From IMG/VR virus record IMGVR_UViG_3300026549_000033, positions 1 through 64,000 of that record: DNA of 64,000 nt; one strand, written 5' to 3'. Shown here piece by piece: positions 17,414 to 25,662 of the stretch. Below the pieces are notes generated by a model. That model did not search any database and had not been told where the DNA came from. It saw nothing but the letters and a program-made list of their open reading frames with translations. Source of the DNA: a virus (Duplodnaviria > Heunggongvirae > Uroviricota > Caudoviricetes). The translations under genes and the position numbers were made by a program. Each line of letters opens with the position of its first letter. Positions within the stretch are counted from its first letter, which is position 1.

Positions 17414-17701
17414 ATGGAAGATAAAGAATGGATTCAAGAAAAATGCAATACAAATAAACCGCCTAAAGAAGCTCCTAAGAAGCCCTCTGTAGGTTTTCGA
17501 AAGAAAAGTAATGCGACCATGACAAAAGCTGAGTACTATTACGATATATTAACATATATTGAAGCCCGAATAGGACTTATGCAGGCTCTACAAGAAGCTT
17601 CAGAAACCAAAGATCACTATAGACGGCAGCTTTATTTGCACATAGCAGAGCAAAGACAGCAAGAAATTAGCAAGTGGCTTAACGAAGAAATGGAAATATA
17701 A
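17414..17701 (+). CDS. Hypothetical protein, 95 aa.
   Basis: ORF. Confidence 0.45.
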   Translation: MEDKEWIQEKCNTNKPPKEAPKKPSVGFRKKSNATMTKAEYYYDILTYIEARIGLMQALQEASETKDHYRRQLYLHIAEQRQQEISKWLNEEMEI

Positions 17702-17714
17702 GAAAGGAGAAGTT

Positions 17715-17876
17715 ATGCCAATAGATAAATCAGCCTCACACGAGGAAATAGTACAAGAGCTAATGCACGCTTATGAGAAGAATGGTAAAATAGGAAATCA
17801 TTCTCCTAAAGATAAAGAGGAAGCTCAAAGAATTGCAAATGCTATAGCTTATAAAGTGAAAGGTGAAAGTAAATAG
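17715..17876 (+). CDS. Small protein, 53 aa (not in the ORF track).
   Basis: ATG at 17715 preceded by gaaaggagaag. Stop TAG at 17874-17876. Confidence 0.45.
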   Translation: MPIDKSASHEEIVQELMHAYEKNGKIGNHSPKDKEEAQRIANAIAYKVKGESK

Positions 17877-17877
17877 A

Positions 17878-18486
17878 ATGAGAACAGTAGTTTCAAAATC
17901 ATGGGATTTTCGGACTTATAGAATTCAAGCAAAAAGCAAATGTATTGAATGCGGAAAACCTATAAGTAAAACTTTTTCCTTTGAATACAGGGAAGACACA
18001 GAGCCTTGTTGGGTTGACATAGAAAAATTAAAGAAAGAAAAACAAGAATGGGAACAAGAATCTCATACTTGTACTTCTTGTTTAAAGAAAAGAATAAAGC
18101 AAGAAAGAAAAGATATGACACATGCCTATGACTTCACCTTAAATACTCTTATTGAGAAGCAGGAACAAATTTGTTCTTATATCGCAGATAAAAAGCGACA
18201 TATTGATTTTCTCAACGAAGAGCTAAAGAATAAAGTTATAGTTGATAAAGACGGTACCGAATGGGTAATTTATTCTGTTAGAGACGGGTGGCAGAATGGG
18301 GCAGCTATTGAGATAACCTGTGACAAAGTAAATAAAGTGAAGCCGTGGCTATGCTCAGACGAAGTTATTTATTTCTATGTAGGTTCTATAGATGGATGTT
18401 ATGATAATTATAAACCTTTATGTAGATGCACGATAACAGACGAAGACTTCAGTCAAAGAGCAAAACTTTTGAAAGGAGAAAATTAA
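17878..18486 (+). CDS. Zinc-ribbon-containing protein, about 203 aa.
   Basis: CIECGKP ... CTSC pairs. Start moved to the ATG at 17878, in frame with the tracked ORF, to avoid overlap. Confidence 0.5.
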   Translation: MRTVVSKSWDFRTYRIQAKSKCIECGKPISKTFSFEYREDTEPCWVDIEKLKKEKQEWEQESHTCTSCLKKRIKQERKDMTHAYDFTLNTLIEKQEQICSYIADKKRHIDFLNEELKNKVIVDKDGTEWVIYSVRDGWQNGAAIEITCDKVNKVKPWLCSDEVIYFYVGSIDGCYDNYKPLCRCTITDEDFSQRAKLLKGEN

Positions 18487-18710
18487 TGGGTTGGGCGAGC
18501 GGTTCAGGAATAGCAGAAGAACTATGGATTAAACTTAAACCTTATATTTCTCAGAGTAATTATAAGGAAGTTTCAAAGATTATTATAGATAAATTTTGTG
18601 AGTACGACGCAGACGATTGGGAGTGCTACCCGTCGGATGATTGTCTTTATTATGTATATTTAAAATACAATGAACCGAAAGAACTAGAGGAGTATGACTT
18701 TGGCTATTAA
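18486..18710 (+). CDS. Hypothetical small protein.
   Basis: In-frame ATG at 18486 directly after the upstream stop. Confidence 0.4.
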   Translation: MGWASGSGIAEELWIKLKPYISQSNYKEVSKIIIDKFCEYDADDWECYPSDDCLYYVYLKYNEPKELEEYDFGY

Positions 18711-19128
18711 AGAAATGGTATACATGAATAAATGGCTTTCTGCAGGTGAGGGAGTACTTGCTAAAGATTCATACAAAGGGTATGAATATATGGTGGTAAG
18801 TTACGGTATGCACCCGTGTGCTTACATAGCTCTTACAAAAGACCAACCTTATTATAAGGTAGCTGATTATGACGACGTTAGAATAAGTTGTCACGGGGGC
18901 TGTACTTTTGTAGAGTGGGGTTATGAAGGTGTATATGATCAAACTTATAAAGTTATAGGTTGGGATTATGGGCATTATACTGATTTTTCAGGTTCATACT
19001 TAAGCACAGGACATCCATTATCTGTACCAAAAGGGAAGAAATGGACTACAAAAGAAATAATAGATGAATGTGAGAACGTAATAGACCAACTTTATGTTCT
19101 TGAGCATTCTGAGTTATATTATAAATAA
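18694..19128 (+). CDS. Hypothetical protein, 144 aa.
   Basis: ORF. Confidence 0.5.
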   Translation: MTLAIKEMVYMNKWLSAGEGVLAKDSYKGYEYMVVSYGMHPCAYIALTKDQPYYKVADYDDVRISCHGGCTFVEWGYEGVYDQTYKVIGWDYGHYTDFSGSYLSTGHPLSVPKGKKWTTKEIIDECENVIDQLYVLEHSELYYK

Positions 19129-19141
19129 GAAAGGCTAAATT

Positions 19142-19333
19142 TTGAAGAGAAGAGATAGTAAAACATTAACTTTTAGTGATATGATTCAGTATGCAGATAT
19201 GCGAGAGGCTGTTTGTGAGGCACGTAGATTAATTAATTTAACAGATAATGTCTTAGTTCAGAACCACTTGCAAGCATATGCTTCAAAATTATGGGCTGAC
19301 TTTTGTAAATGGTTAGATGAAGAGGTGGAGTAA
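19142..19333 (+). CDS. Hypothetical protein, 63 aa.
   Basis: ORF. Confidence 0.4.
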   Translation: MKRRDSKTLTFSDMIQYADMREAVCEARRLINLTDNVLVQNHLQAYASKLWADFCKWLDEEVE

Positions 19334-19541
19334 AATGGCAATATGTAAAAAATGTGAATGGGAAGAAAAAGGAATGCTATCAGGGCAAGGTTTTACAGAT
19401 TTTGTATGTCAACTTTGTGGAAAAACCGATACGTGGCATAATACAAATGTTCCGAAGTTCTGTCATGAGTGTAGTAAGAAACTTGACATGTGCCAAAGAT
19501 GCGGAGGTCCTTTAAGTGAAACAGAAGATTTTAAAGCTTAA
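19317..19541 (+). CDS. Small zinc-ribbon protein (multiple CxxC).
   Basis: CKKCEW ... CQLCGK ... CHECSKKLDMCQRCGG. The likely true start is the internal ATG (MAICKKC). Confidence 0.5.
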   Translation: MKRWSKMAICKKCEWEEKGMLSGQGFTDFVCQLCGKTDTWHNTNVPKFCHECSKKLDMCQRCGGPLSETEDFKA

Positions 19542-19701
19542 AAAAAGACTAAGTTTATACGACATAGCATTGGATATAGGAATTTCAGAATCAACCTTAT
19601 ATAACTATGTTAATGAGTATAAGCAAATTAGTAAAAAGTCAGAAGAGAAGATAGAAAAATATTTTAGAAGGAGAGAAGAAAATGAGAATATTACCAATTA
19701 G
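19516..19701 (+). CDS. Small HTH-like DNA-binding protein, 61 aa.
   Basis: LSLYDIALDIGISESTLYNYV resembles a helix-turn-helix. Confidence 0.4.
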   Translation: MKQKILKLKKRLSLYDIALDIGISESTLYNYVNEYKQISKKSEEKIEKYFRRREENENITN

Positions 19702-19921
19702 TAGTAGAGTTACTTTTACAAATGCACAACCTCTTAAGAAAGAAGAAACAAAAGAGCAACAAAAACCTATGGAAATTATAGAATTAAAACCTGAGTTAAA
19801 AATTGATGAGGGTCAAAAAAGACTTCAAGAAGAAAGAAGAAGGAAAGAAGAGGAATTTCAGAGATTACTTGCTAAACCGCAGAAATTTCAAAAACCTGAA
19901 GGGAAAGTAAATGGAAAATAA
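19682..19921 (+). CDS. Small charged coiled-coil protein, 79 aa.
   Basis: ORF rich in K/E. Confidence 0.4.
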   Translation: MRILPISSRVTFTNAQPLKKEETKEQQKPMEIIELKPELKIDEGQKRLQEERRRKEEEFQRLLAKPQKFQKPEGKVNGK

Positions 19922-20591
19922 TTATCAAGGTTGGACAGGTAATAAGAATTCAACTTATACCTGTCTAGGAGCTTCAAATCATTCAAAAGAAGAAAGAGAA
20001 GTGCATGACTACTATGCGACGGACCCTATAGCTGCAGAATATCTATTGAAGATTGAACCGCAAATAACTAATGTATGGGAAATGTGCGTAGGAGAGGGTA
20101 ACTTAGCAGAACCTTATCGTAGAGAAGGTAAATTAAAAGCAATATCTGACCTTATTGATAGAGGGTACTATCCTGAGGGTATAATGACTTCTTATGGTAA
20201 AGATTTCCTGCAAATGAGTAAAGTATGGAAAGGGGATATGGTAAGTAATCCTCCGTATAGCATAGCTGTTGAATGGACTAAGCATTGTTTAGACTTATTA
20301 CAAGACGGACATTATTTAGCTCTTTTTATGAAGATTACTTTCTTAGAAGGGAAAGAGCGCAGAAAGTTCTTTGAAGATAACCCTCCAATTAGAGTTTGGG
20401 TTAGCTCTTCAAGAATTCAATGTGCCAAAAATAACGAATTTGAAGTTCCTAAGAAAGATAAAAATGGAAATGTTGTATATGACAAGACAGGAAACCCTAT
20501 AATGGTTAAGATGTCTTCTGCAGCATGCTACTGCTGGTATATATGGCAGAAAGGTTATAAAGGACCAACGGAACTGAAGTGGTTCAATTAA
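19911..20591 (+). CDS. Orphan DNA N6-adenine (NPPY-type) methyltransferase, phage Dam-like, 226 aa.
   Basis: MVSNPPYS motif IV. Upstream Gly-rich EMCVGEGN. No adjacent endonuclease. Confidence 0.65.
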   Translation: MENNYQGWTGNKNSTYTCLGASNHSKEEREVHDYYATDPIAAEYLLKIEPQITNVWEMCVGEGNLAEPYRREGKLKAISDLIDRGYYPEGIMTSYGKDFLQMSKVWKGDMVSNPPYSIAVEWTKHCLDLLQDGHYLALFMKITFLEGKERRKFFEDNPPIRVWVSSSRIQCAKNNEFEVPKKDKNGNVVYDKTGNPIMVKMSSAACYCWYIWQKGYKGPTELKWFN

Positions 20592-20645
20592 TTTTACAAA
20601 TTTTGTAATTTGTGATATTATTAAAATATAGAAAGGGACAGAGTA

Positions 20646-20888
20646 ATGAATAAATTTATTCTATATTATTTTGTATCAGGATTGCTGATGTTTTCTTGGT
20701 TTTATTATGACATGAATTATTCAAAGTATAAGGAAGAGTCTGAGGACGCAATAGGAGACTTAACGTGGAATACAGGGATTAAGAGAGAATACATTAGATG
20801 GGTTCTCTACAGTGTTGCACTCCTTTTTGGGTTTATACTGCTCCCTTATGAAATAATAAGTAACTTTATAGGTAAAGGAGAAGAGTAG
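20646..20888 (+). CDS. Small membrane protein (2 TM).
   Basis: Two hydrophobic helices. Confidence 0.45.
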   Translation: MNKFILYYFVSGLLMFSWFYYDMNYSKYKEESEDAIGDLTWNTGIKREYIRWVLYSVALLFGFILLPYEIISNFIGKGEE

Positions 20889-21206
20889 ATGAAAGTTAAA
20901 GAACTTTATGAATTTTTGCAGAAGTACTTAGAAGGTGGAAATATTTCCCCTGAAACAGAGGTTATTCTTATAGGAGAATACAATTACGGAGAATCTGTGG
21001 GAAAACCATATATAGCAAATATGAACCTTATTGACGGGACAGAAGTTGTTAAAGAAGATACAAGAGTTGTGGCTATAAGTGTTGACGCTTATTTATATGA
21101 GCATGAAGACACAGGATACTCTCGTATGTGGGTTGATAATGAAGACCTTCAAGACCTTAAAGATAATGACATTGTAGATTGCGGGGATGAAGAGCATGAA
21201 GGTTAA
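20889..21206 (+). CDS. Hypothetical acidic protein, 105 aa.
   Basis: ORF. Confidence 0.45.
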   Translation: MKVKELYEFLQKYLEGGNISPETEVILIGEYNYGESVGKPYIANMNLIDGTEVVKEDTRVVAISVDAYLYEHEDTGYSRMWVDNEDLQDLKDNDIVDCGDEEHEG

Positions 21207-21999
21207 GCTCATACAAATAACACAAAATCCAATAGATGTAATGTGGACAGCGGCAAGAACCTGTTATTCAGAAAAGTCCCCTATTGAAATGTGGGAAGAC
21301 AGGTATGGGGCTACTTCAGACGATTGTGAACATACTCAAGAGTGGACAGAACAGTGTGTAGAGAAGCATTGGAATCTTGTTAAAAAAGTATTGGATAGTG
21401 GACATCAATCAATTGCAGAACATGTTTATTTTACATTTGCCATTGAAGGTATAAGTAGAGCATGTTCACACCAATTAGTAAGACATAGGGCAGGTATTGT
21501 ATTTTCTCAACAATCCCAAAGGTATGTAGAAATAAAAGAGTCATTACAAGAGCTCAGGGATATAAGAGAACACTGTGGGGTTGCTAAAACTGCTGGGACT
21601 GTAGAGAAATATTTTGTTCCAAATCAAGATGGAATGTCGGGTTTAAAATATGCCGAATTAGATTGTCTTATAGAATATAGGAGACTTATAGAAGAAGAAA
21701 GTATGGCACCAGAAGATGCTAGAGCAATTCTTCCAAATGCAACAAAAACAAATATTACAATGTCTATAAATTATAGGGAGCTAATTCATATTTGTAATTT
21801 AAGATTATGTACAAGAGCTCAAAAAGAAATAAGAGATCTATTCAACTTTATTGTAAAAGAAGTTGAAAAAGAAGACGAAAGATTAGTAAAATACCTCGTC
21901 CCGCAGTGTGAGGTGCTTGGGGTTTGTACTGAGCACCAATGCTGCGGTCGTAAACCGAAGTTAAAAGAAATAATGGAAGTTTATAAAAGAGAAAAGTAA
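21187..21999 (+). CDS. thyX: Flavin-dependent thymidylate synthase ThyX.
   Basis: SHQLVRHRAGIVFSQQSQRY matches the ThyX RHR-x7-S signature. Confidence 0.8.
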   Translation: MKSMKVKLIQITQNPIDVMWTAARTCYSEKSPIEMWEDRYGATSDDCEHTQEWTEQCVEKHWNLVKKVLDSGHQSIAEHVYFTFAIEGISRACSHQLVRHRAGIVFSQQSQRYVEIKESLQELRDIREHCGVAKTAGTVEKYFVPNQDGMSGLKYAELDCLIEYRRLIEEESMAPEDARAILPNATKTNITMSINYRELIHICNLRLCTRAQKEIRDLFNFIVKEVEKEDERLVKYLVPQCEVLGVCTEHQCCGRKPKLKEIMEVYKREK

Positions 22000-22023
22000 C
22001 TTTATTAAAGAAGGAGAAAAAAC

Positions 22024-23559
22024 ATGAATTTCATTCCACACTTATCCCCAATTTTAATTGTTGCGGGTGTATCATTTTTAGCAGTCTCATTATTCATTAA
22101 ATGGGTGTTGAGCCTGCGTGTAGTAGTACCTACGTCAGAAGTACACGTAGTACAAAGAGCTGGAGAAACTATCCTCTACGGAAAGGCAGCTCAAACAAAA
22201 GATAATAAAACAGGAAATGCTTATTATGCTTTTCCGTCTTGGCTACCTGTTATTGGAATTACAAAAACTGTTTTAGGAACAGGAATTTTTGACAGAGACC
22301 TTAAAGACTATGAAGCTTATGATAAGGATCGTTTACCTTTCATGGTTGACGTAAAAACATTTTTTAGAATTAAAGATTTTGATGCAGCTTCTATTCGTGT
22401 AACAAGCATGAAAGAGTTAGAAGAACAGTTAGACGGTATTGTTCAAGGGGCTGTTCGTTCGTTACTTGCTAAAGAAGACCTTGAATCTATAATGTCTGAA
22501 AGAAATAAATATGGTAAGCAGTTTACAGAAGAAGTTGCTCCTCAGTTAGAACAATGGGGTGTAGAAACTGTAAAGAATGTTGAATTAATGGATATTAGAG
22601 ACTCAAGAGATTCCAAAGTTATTCAAAATATAATGGCTAAAAAGAAATCTCAAATTGAAATGGAAAGTCGTACAACTGTTGCTGAAAATACTAAAAAAGC
22701 AAGTCAGGCTGAAATAGAATCTCAGAAAGAAATTGCTCTTAAACAACAGGACGCTGAAAGAGAAGTTGGATTAAGAAAAGCTCAAGTAGCTCAAGAGGTT
22801 GGTATAGCTGACGAAAAACAAAAGCAAGAAGTTCAAGCACAGGCTAAAGTAACTGCTGAAAAAGAAATGGAAGTTCAAAGAGTGCGTGAAGTGCAAACTG
22901 CTGAAATTGAAAAACAAGCAGCCACAGTCAGAGCTGAACAAGATAAAGCTGTTATTGAAGTTAATGCTAAGGCAGCAGTAACTAAAGCGGACGCTGACAA
23001 AAACGTTAGAATTCTTAATGCTGAAGCAAGTCAACAACAGACTATCCTTGAGGCAGAAGCAACGAAGCAACAGATTGAATTAAGAGCAGATGCTGACCTT
23101 AAAGTTGCTACAAACACTGCTAAAGGTATTGAGGCAAAAGGTAAGGCTCAGGCAGAAGCAGATAAATTGAGTAAGATAGCCTCAGTTCAAGACCAAGTAA
23201 CTTTAGCAAAAGAAGTTGGTGAAAATAAACCTTATCAAGAATTCTTAATTGCTCAAAAGCAGATTGAAGTACAAGGTAGCGTAATGAAAGAAGTAGGTGT
23301 CGCTCAAGCTCAGAATTTGGGTAATGCAGACATTAAAATGTTCGTTAATTCAGGGTCAGTTCCTGAAGGAGTAGGTAAGGCTGCAAGTATATTTAATCCT
23401 GATACAGCTATGAATGTAGCGTCTATGCTTGAAGCTTTCAAATCAACTCCTATGGGAGCAGAAATAGTTGATAAGCTACTTGGTACGGGTAACGTTGTTA
23501 AAACTGTAGAGACAATTGAACAAGTTAAGACAGCTGTGAATAAACATAAAGATAAGTAA
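22024..23559 (+). CDS. SPFH/band-7 (flotillin-like) membrane protein with a long coiled coil, 511 aa.
   Basis: N-terminal TM, SPFH-like region, then an extended EA/Q-rich coiled coil (AEREVGLRKAQVAQEVG ...). Confidence 0.6.
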   Translation: MNFIPHLSPILIVAGVSFLAVSLFIKWVLSLRVVVPTSEVHVVQRAGETILYGKAAQTKDNKTGNAYYAFPSWLPVIGITKTVLGTGIFDRDLKDYEAYDKDRLPFMVDVKTFFRIKDFDAASIRVTSMKELEEQLDGIVQGAVRSLLAKEDLESIMSERNKYGKQFTEEVAPQLEQWGVETVKNVELMDIRDSRDSKVIQNIMAKKKSQIEMESRTTVAENTKKASQAEIESQKEIALKQQDAEREVGLRKAQVAQEVGIADEKQKQEVQAQAKVTAEKEMEVQRVREVQTAEIEKQAATVRAEQDKAVIEVNAKAAVTKADADKNVRILNAEASQQQTILEAEATKQQIELRADADLKVATNTAKGIEAKGKAQAEADKLSKIASVQDQVTLAKEVGENKPYQEFLIAQKQIEVQGSVMKEVGVAQAQNLGNADIKMFVNSGSVPEGVGKAASIFNPDTAMNVASMLEAFKSTPMGAEIVDKLLGTGNVVKTVETIEQVKTAVNKHKDK

Positions 23560-23585
23560 ATTTAGCGTATTTTTGAATTCCATGT

Positions 23586-23617
23586 TCCCTACTCAAAAGG
23601 TAGGGAATTTTTTTTTA
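23586..23617 (+). terminator. Rho-independent terminator (ccctac-tcaaaag-gtaggg plus a T9 run).
   Basis: Perfect 6-bp stem followed by aatttttttttt. Confidence 0.8.
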
Positions 23618-23622
23618 TAAAA

Positions 23623-23651
23623 TTTGCATATTTTTTAATTTATGCTATAAT
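23623..23651 (+). promoter_or_regulatory. Promoter TTTGCA-N17-TATAAT.
   Basis: aaaatttgca ... tataat with 17-nt spacing, upstream of prs. Confidence 0.55.
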
Positions 23652-23680
23652 GAAATTATAAAAAGGGAAGGCATGAAAAT

Positions 23681-24658
23681 ATGAGAGTAGACAGTGTGGC
23701 AGCTTCTTCCCCTCAAGTAAATTTCAAAGGAAGAAATATTATGGGAAGAGAAGCAATCAGATTAATACCTTCGTCAATGAGAACACCTCTTGAAGAAAGT
23801 ATAGCAAAATTAATGGAGATGGTTCCAACTCCAACAGTAGTAAAAAAATTTGCTAATGGAGAAACTTATGTAAACATTATGGGAGACATGAGAAATAAAG
23901 ACGTATTCCTCATGCCTACTATTGGAAGAGCAGTAAATGACAACCTTATGGAGACTTATCTTAAAGCCGACGCAGCTAAAAGAATGGGGGCCAATCGTGT
24001 TGTAGCAGTTATGCCAAACTTTCCGTATGGAAGGCAGGAGCGTAAAACTCAATTTGGTGAACCTATCTCTGCAAGGTTGAACCTATCTTTGTTGCATGCT
24101 TCAGGAGTTGACGAAGTTATTTCTACAGACATTCACGCAGCAGCTCTTCAGGGGTTTGCTCGTCAAATGAAATTAACAGATCTAAGCTCTTTAGAAGAAA
24201 TGACAGCTTACTTTAAGGGTAAAGTAAACTTTAAACCCGAGAATTTAGTAGTAGTCTCCCCTGATTTAGGAGGAGTAAAAAGAGCAGATAAATTTGCTAA
24301 AGAACTTGGCTGTGAAAAAGCAATTATTTATAAAAATAGAACAGGGCATAATCAGGCAGTAGCGGAATCCTTATTAGGCGACGTAGAAGGTAAGGATTGT
24401 ATTATTTATGATGATATTATAGATACTGCAGGGACAATAACAGAAGCTGCAAGAATGCTAAAAGAAAACGGAGCAAATAAAATTTATATTGCGGCTTCTC
24501 ATGGATTGTTCAACGGCCCCGCTTTAGAAAGGTTAGAAAAGGCTCCTATTGAGGAAGTAGTAGTTACAAATTCAGAGTTAAAACCTGCTTTAGATAAAAT
24601 TAAGCAAGTAGATATAGCTCCTAAAATTGTGGGTACTATTTTAGATATTTCAGGTTAG
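23681..24658 (+). CDS. prs: Ribose-phosphate pyrophosphokinase (PRPP synthetase family).
   Basis: KKFANGETYVNI, NDNLMETYLKADAAKR, VMPNFPYGRQERK, VVVSPDLGGVKRA and CIIYDDIIDTAGT (PRPP-binding motif). The likely true start is the ATG at 23741 (MGREAIRL), which has a better RBS. Confidence 0.8.
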   Translation: MRVDSVAASSPQVNFKGRNIMGREAIRLIPSSMRTPLEESIAKLMEMVPTPTVVKKFANGETYVNIMGDMRNKDVFLMPTIGRAVNDNLMETYLKADAAKRMGANRVVAVMPNFPYGRQERKTQFGEPISARLNLSLLHASGVDEVISTDIHAAALQGFARQMKLTDLSSLEEMTAYFKGKVNFKPENLVVVSPDLGGVKRADKFAKELGCEKAIIYKNRTGHNQAVAESLLGDVEGKDCIIYDDIIDTAGTITEAARMLKENGANKIYIAASHGLFNGPALERLEKAPIEEVVVTNSELKPALDKIKQVDIAPKIVGTILDISG

Positions 24659-24664
24659 GAGGAC

Positions 24665-24892
24665 GTGATGAGTACTCTTATTGATAACTTAATTGATTTA
24701 AGAACTTGCAATCAAGAATTTAATGGAGCATGGTATATAGCCAAACCTTATGAATTCTTTGGGTTTGCTACTTTTATACGTAGATTAAAAGACGCTTGGA
24801 GAGTTTTGACAGGAAAATCAAGGGCTTACCATTTTTATGAAGATACTTTAAAGAAAAGACCTAAAGTTATACATATGATAGAAGGAGAGTAA
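24665..24892 (+). CDS. Hypothetical protein, 75 aa.
   Basis: ORF. Confidence 0.45.
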   Translation: MMSTLIDNLIDLRTCNQEFNGAWYIAKPYEFFGFATFIRRLKDAWRVLTGKSRAYHFYEDTLKKRPKVIHMIEGE

Positions 24893-24898
24893 AGAAGT

Positions 24899-25372
24899 AT
24901 GAGCTGCTTATTAGACCACGCAAGGAATGAATTAAAATTAGCTGGGTACAATATTGATACCCCAGATAAGAATAGCTTTGAATCTGACGAAGATTATGGA
25001 AATGCATGCGCCAAAAATGCTTATGAAATGTTAAAAGTATTTTCTTCGGCAGATCATTCAGGGTTTTCAGCAGGAGCCACACTTGCTTTATTTAATAAAT
25101 TAGCAGAATTTAAGTGCCTGACTCCTTTAACCAATAATCCTGACGAATGGATGGATACTTCGGAGTTCCAAGGAGAACCTGTAGGAACGCATTTTCAGTC
25201 AAAAAGACAGAGCTCTTGCTTTTCAGACGACGGATTAAAAACTTACTATGATATAGATGAAAAAGCAAATAAAGAGTATGACCTCGATGAAAAAGGGAAA
25301 AGAACAGGTTGGGTTCATATGAAACCCCGTGAAGAGTGGGTTCACCATAAATTAGAGGATTATAAAAAATGA
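24899..25372 (+). CDS. Hypothetical protein, 157 aa.
   Basis: ORF. Its stop overlaps the first copy of the 41-bp repeat (aaaATGA). Confidence 0.5.
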   Translation: MSCLLDHARNELKLAGYNIDTPDKNSFESDEDYGNACAKNAYEMLKVFSSADHSGFSAGATLALFNKLAEFKCLTPLTNNPDEWMDTSEFQGEPVGTHFQSKRQSSCFSDDGLKTYYDIDEKANKEYDLDEKGKRTGWVHMKPREEWVHHKLEDYKK

Positions 25373-25406
25373 GAAGGAGCGGAGGGTACAGAATAATGAA
25401 AAATGA
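25366..25406 (+). repeat. 41-bp direct repeat, copy 1 (aaaatgagaaggagcggagggtacagaataatgaaaaatga). A truncated duplicate of the start of the gene at 28389.
   Basis: Identical to 28386-28426. The copy here encodes MRRSGGYRIMKN and then diverges to a stop after 21 codons. Confidence 0.9.
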
Positions 25407-25567
25407 GGTTACTATGTTGGTTAGGCTATCATGATTATGAATATAACAAAGATAGAACCAAAAGATGGTGTAAGCACTGCGGTAAGTGTCAAGAGAGGTG
25501 CCTGCTTGATTTATTTTGGGCAACGTGTGTTGACGGAGAACCAATAGAAGACCCGCAACCACAGTAA
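25403..25567 (+). CDS. Small Cys-rich (zinc-ribbon-like) ORF, 54 aa, inside the inserted segment.
   Basis: ATG at 25403. CKHCGKCQERC ... C pattern. Not in the ORF track. Weak RBS. Confidence 0.3.
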   Translation: MRLLCWLGYHDYEYNKDRTKRWCKHCGKCQERCLLDLFWATCVDGEPIEDPQPQ

Positions 25568-25662
25568 CCTTGTAATTACTTTTGAATTGTGGTAATATAA
25601 AAGTAATTATGTAGGTAGCCAATAGACTGGAATGTTGAAGCTACTTAGAAAGGAAAGAGAAA

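Noticed and set aside
22771-23070. 99-aa minus-strand ORF inside the flotillin gene.
   Set aside because: Antisense of a coiled-coil region (Leu/Ser/Phe-rich reverse translation). No expression signals.
25110-25622. 170-aa minus-strand ORF spanning the end of gene 24899 and the Pnkp upstream region.
   Set aside because: Overlaps a plus-strand gene and the direct-repeat junction. Low-complexity hydrophobic translation with no start context. Likely spurious.
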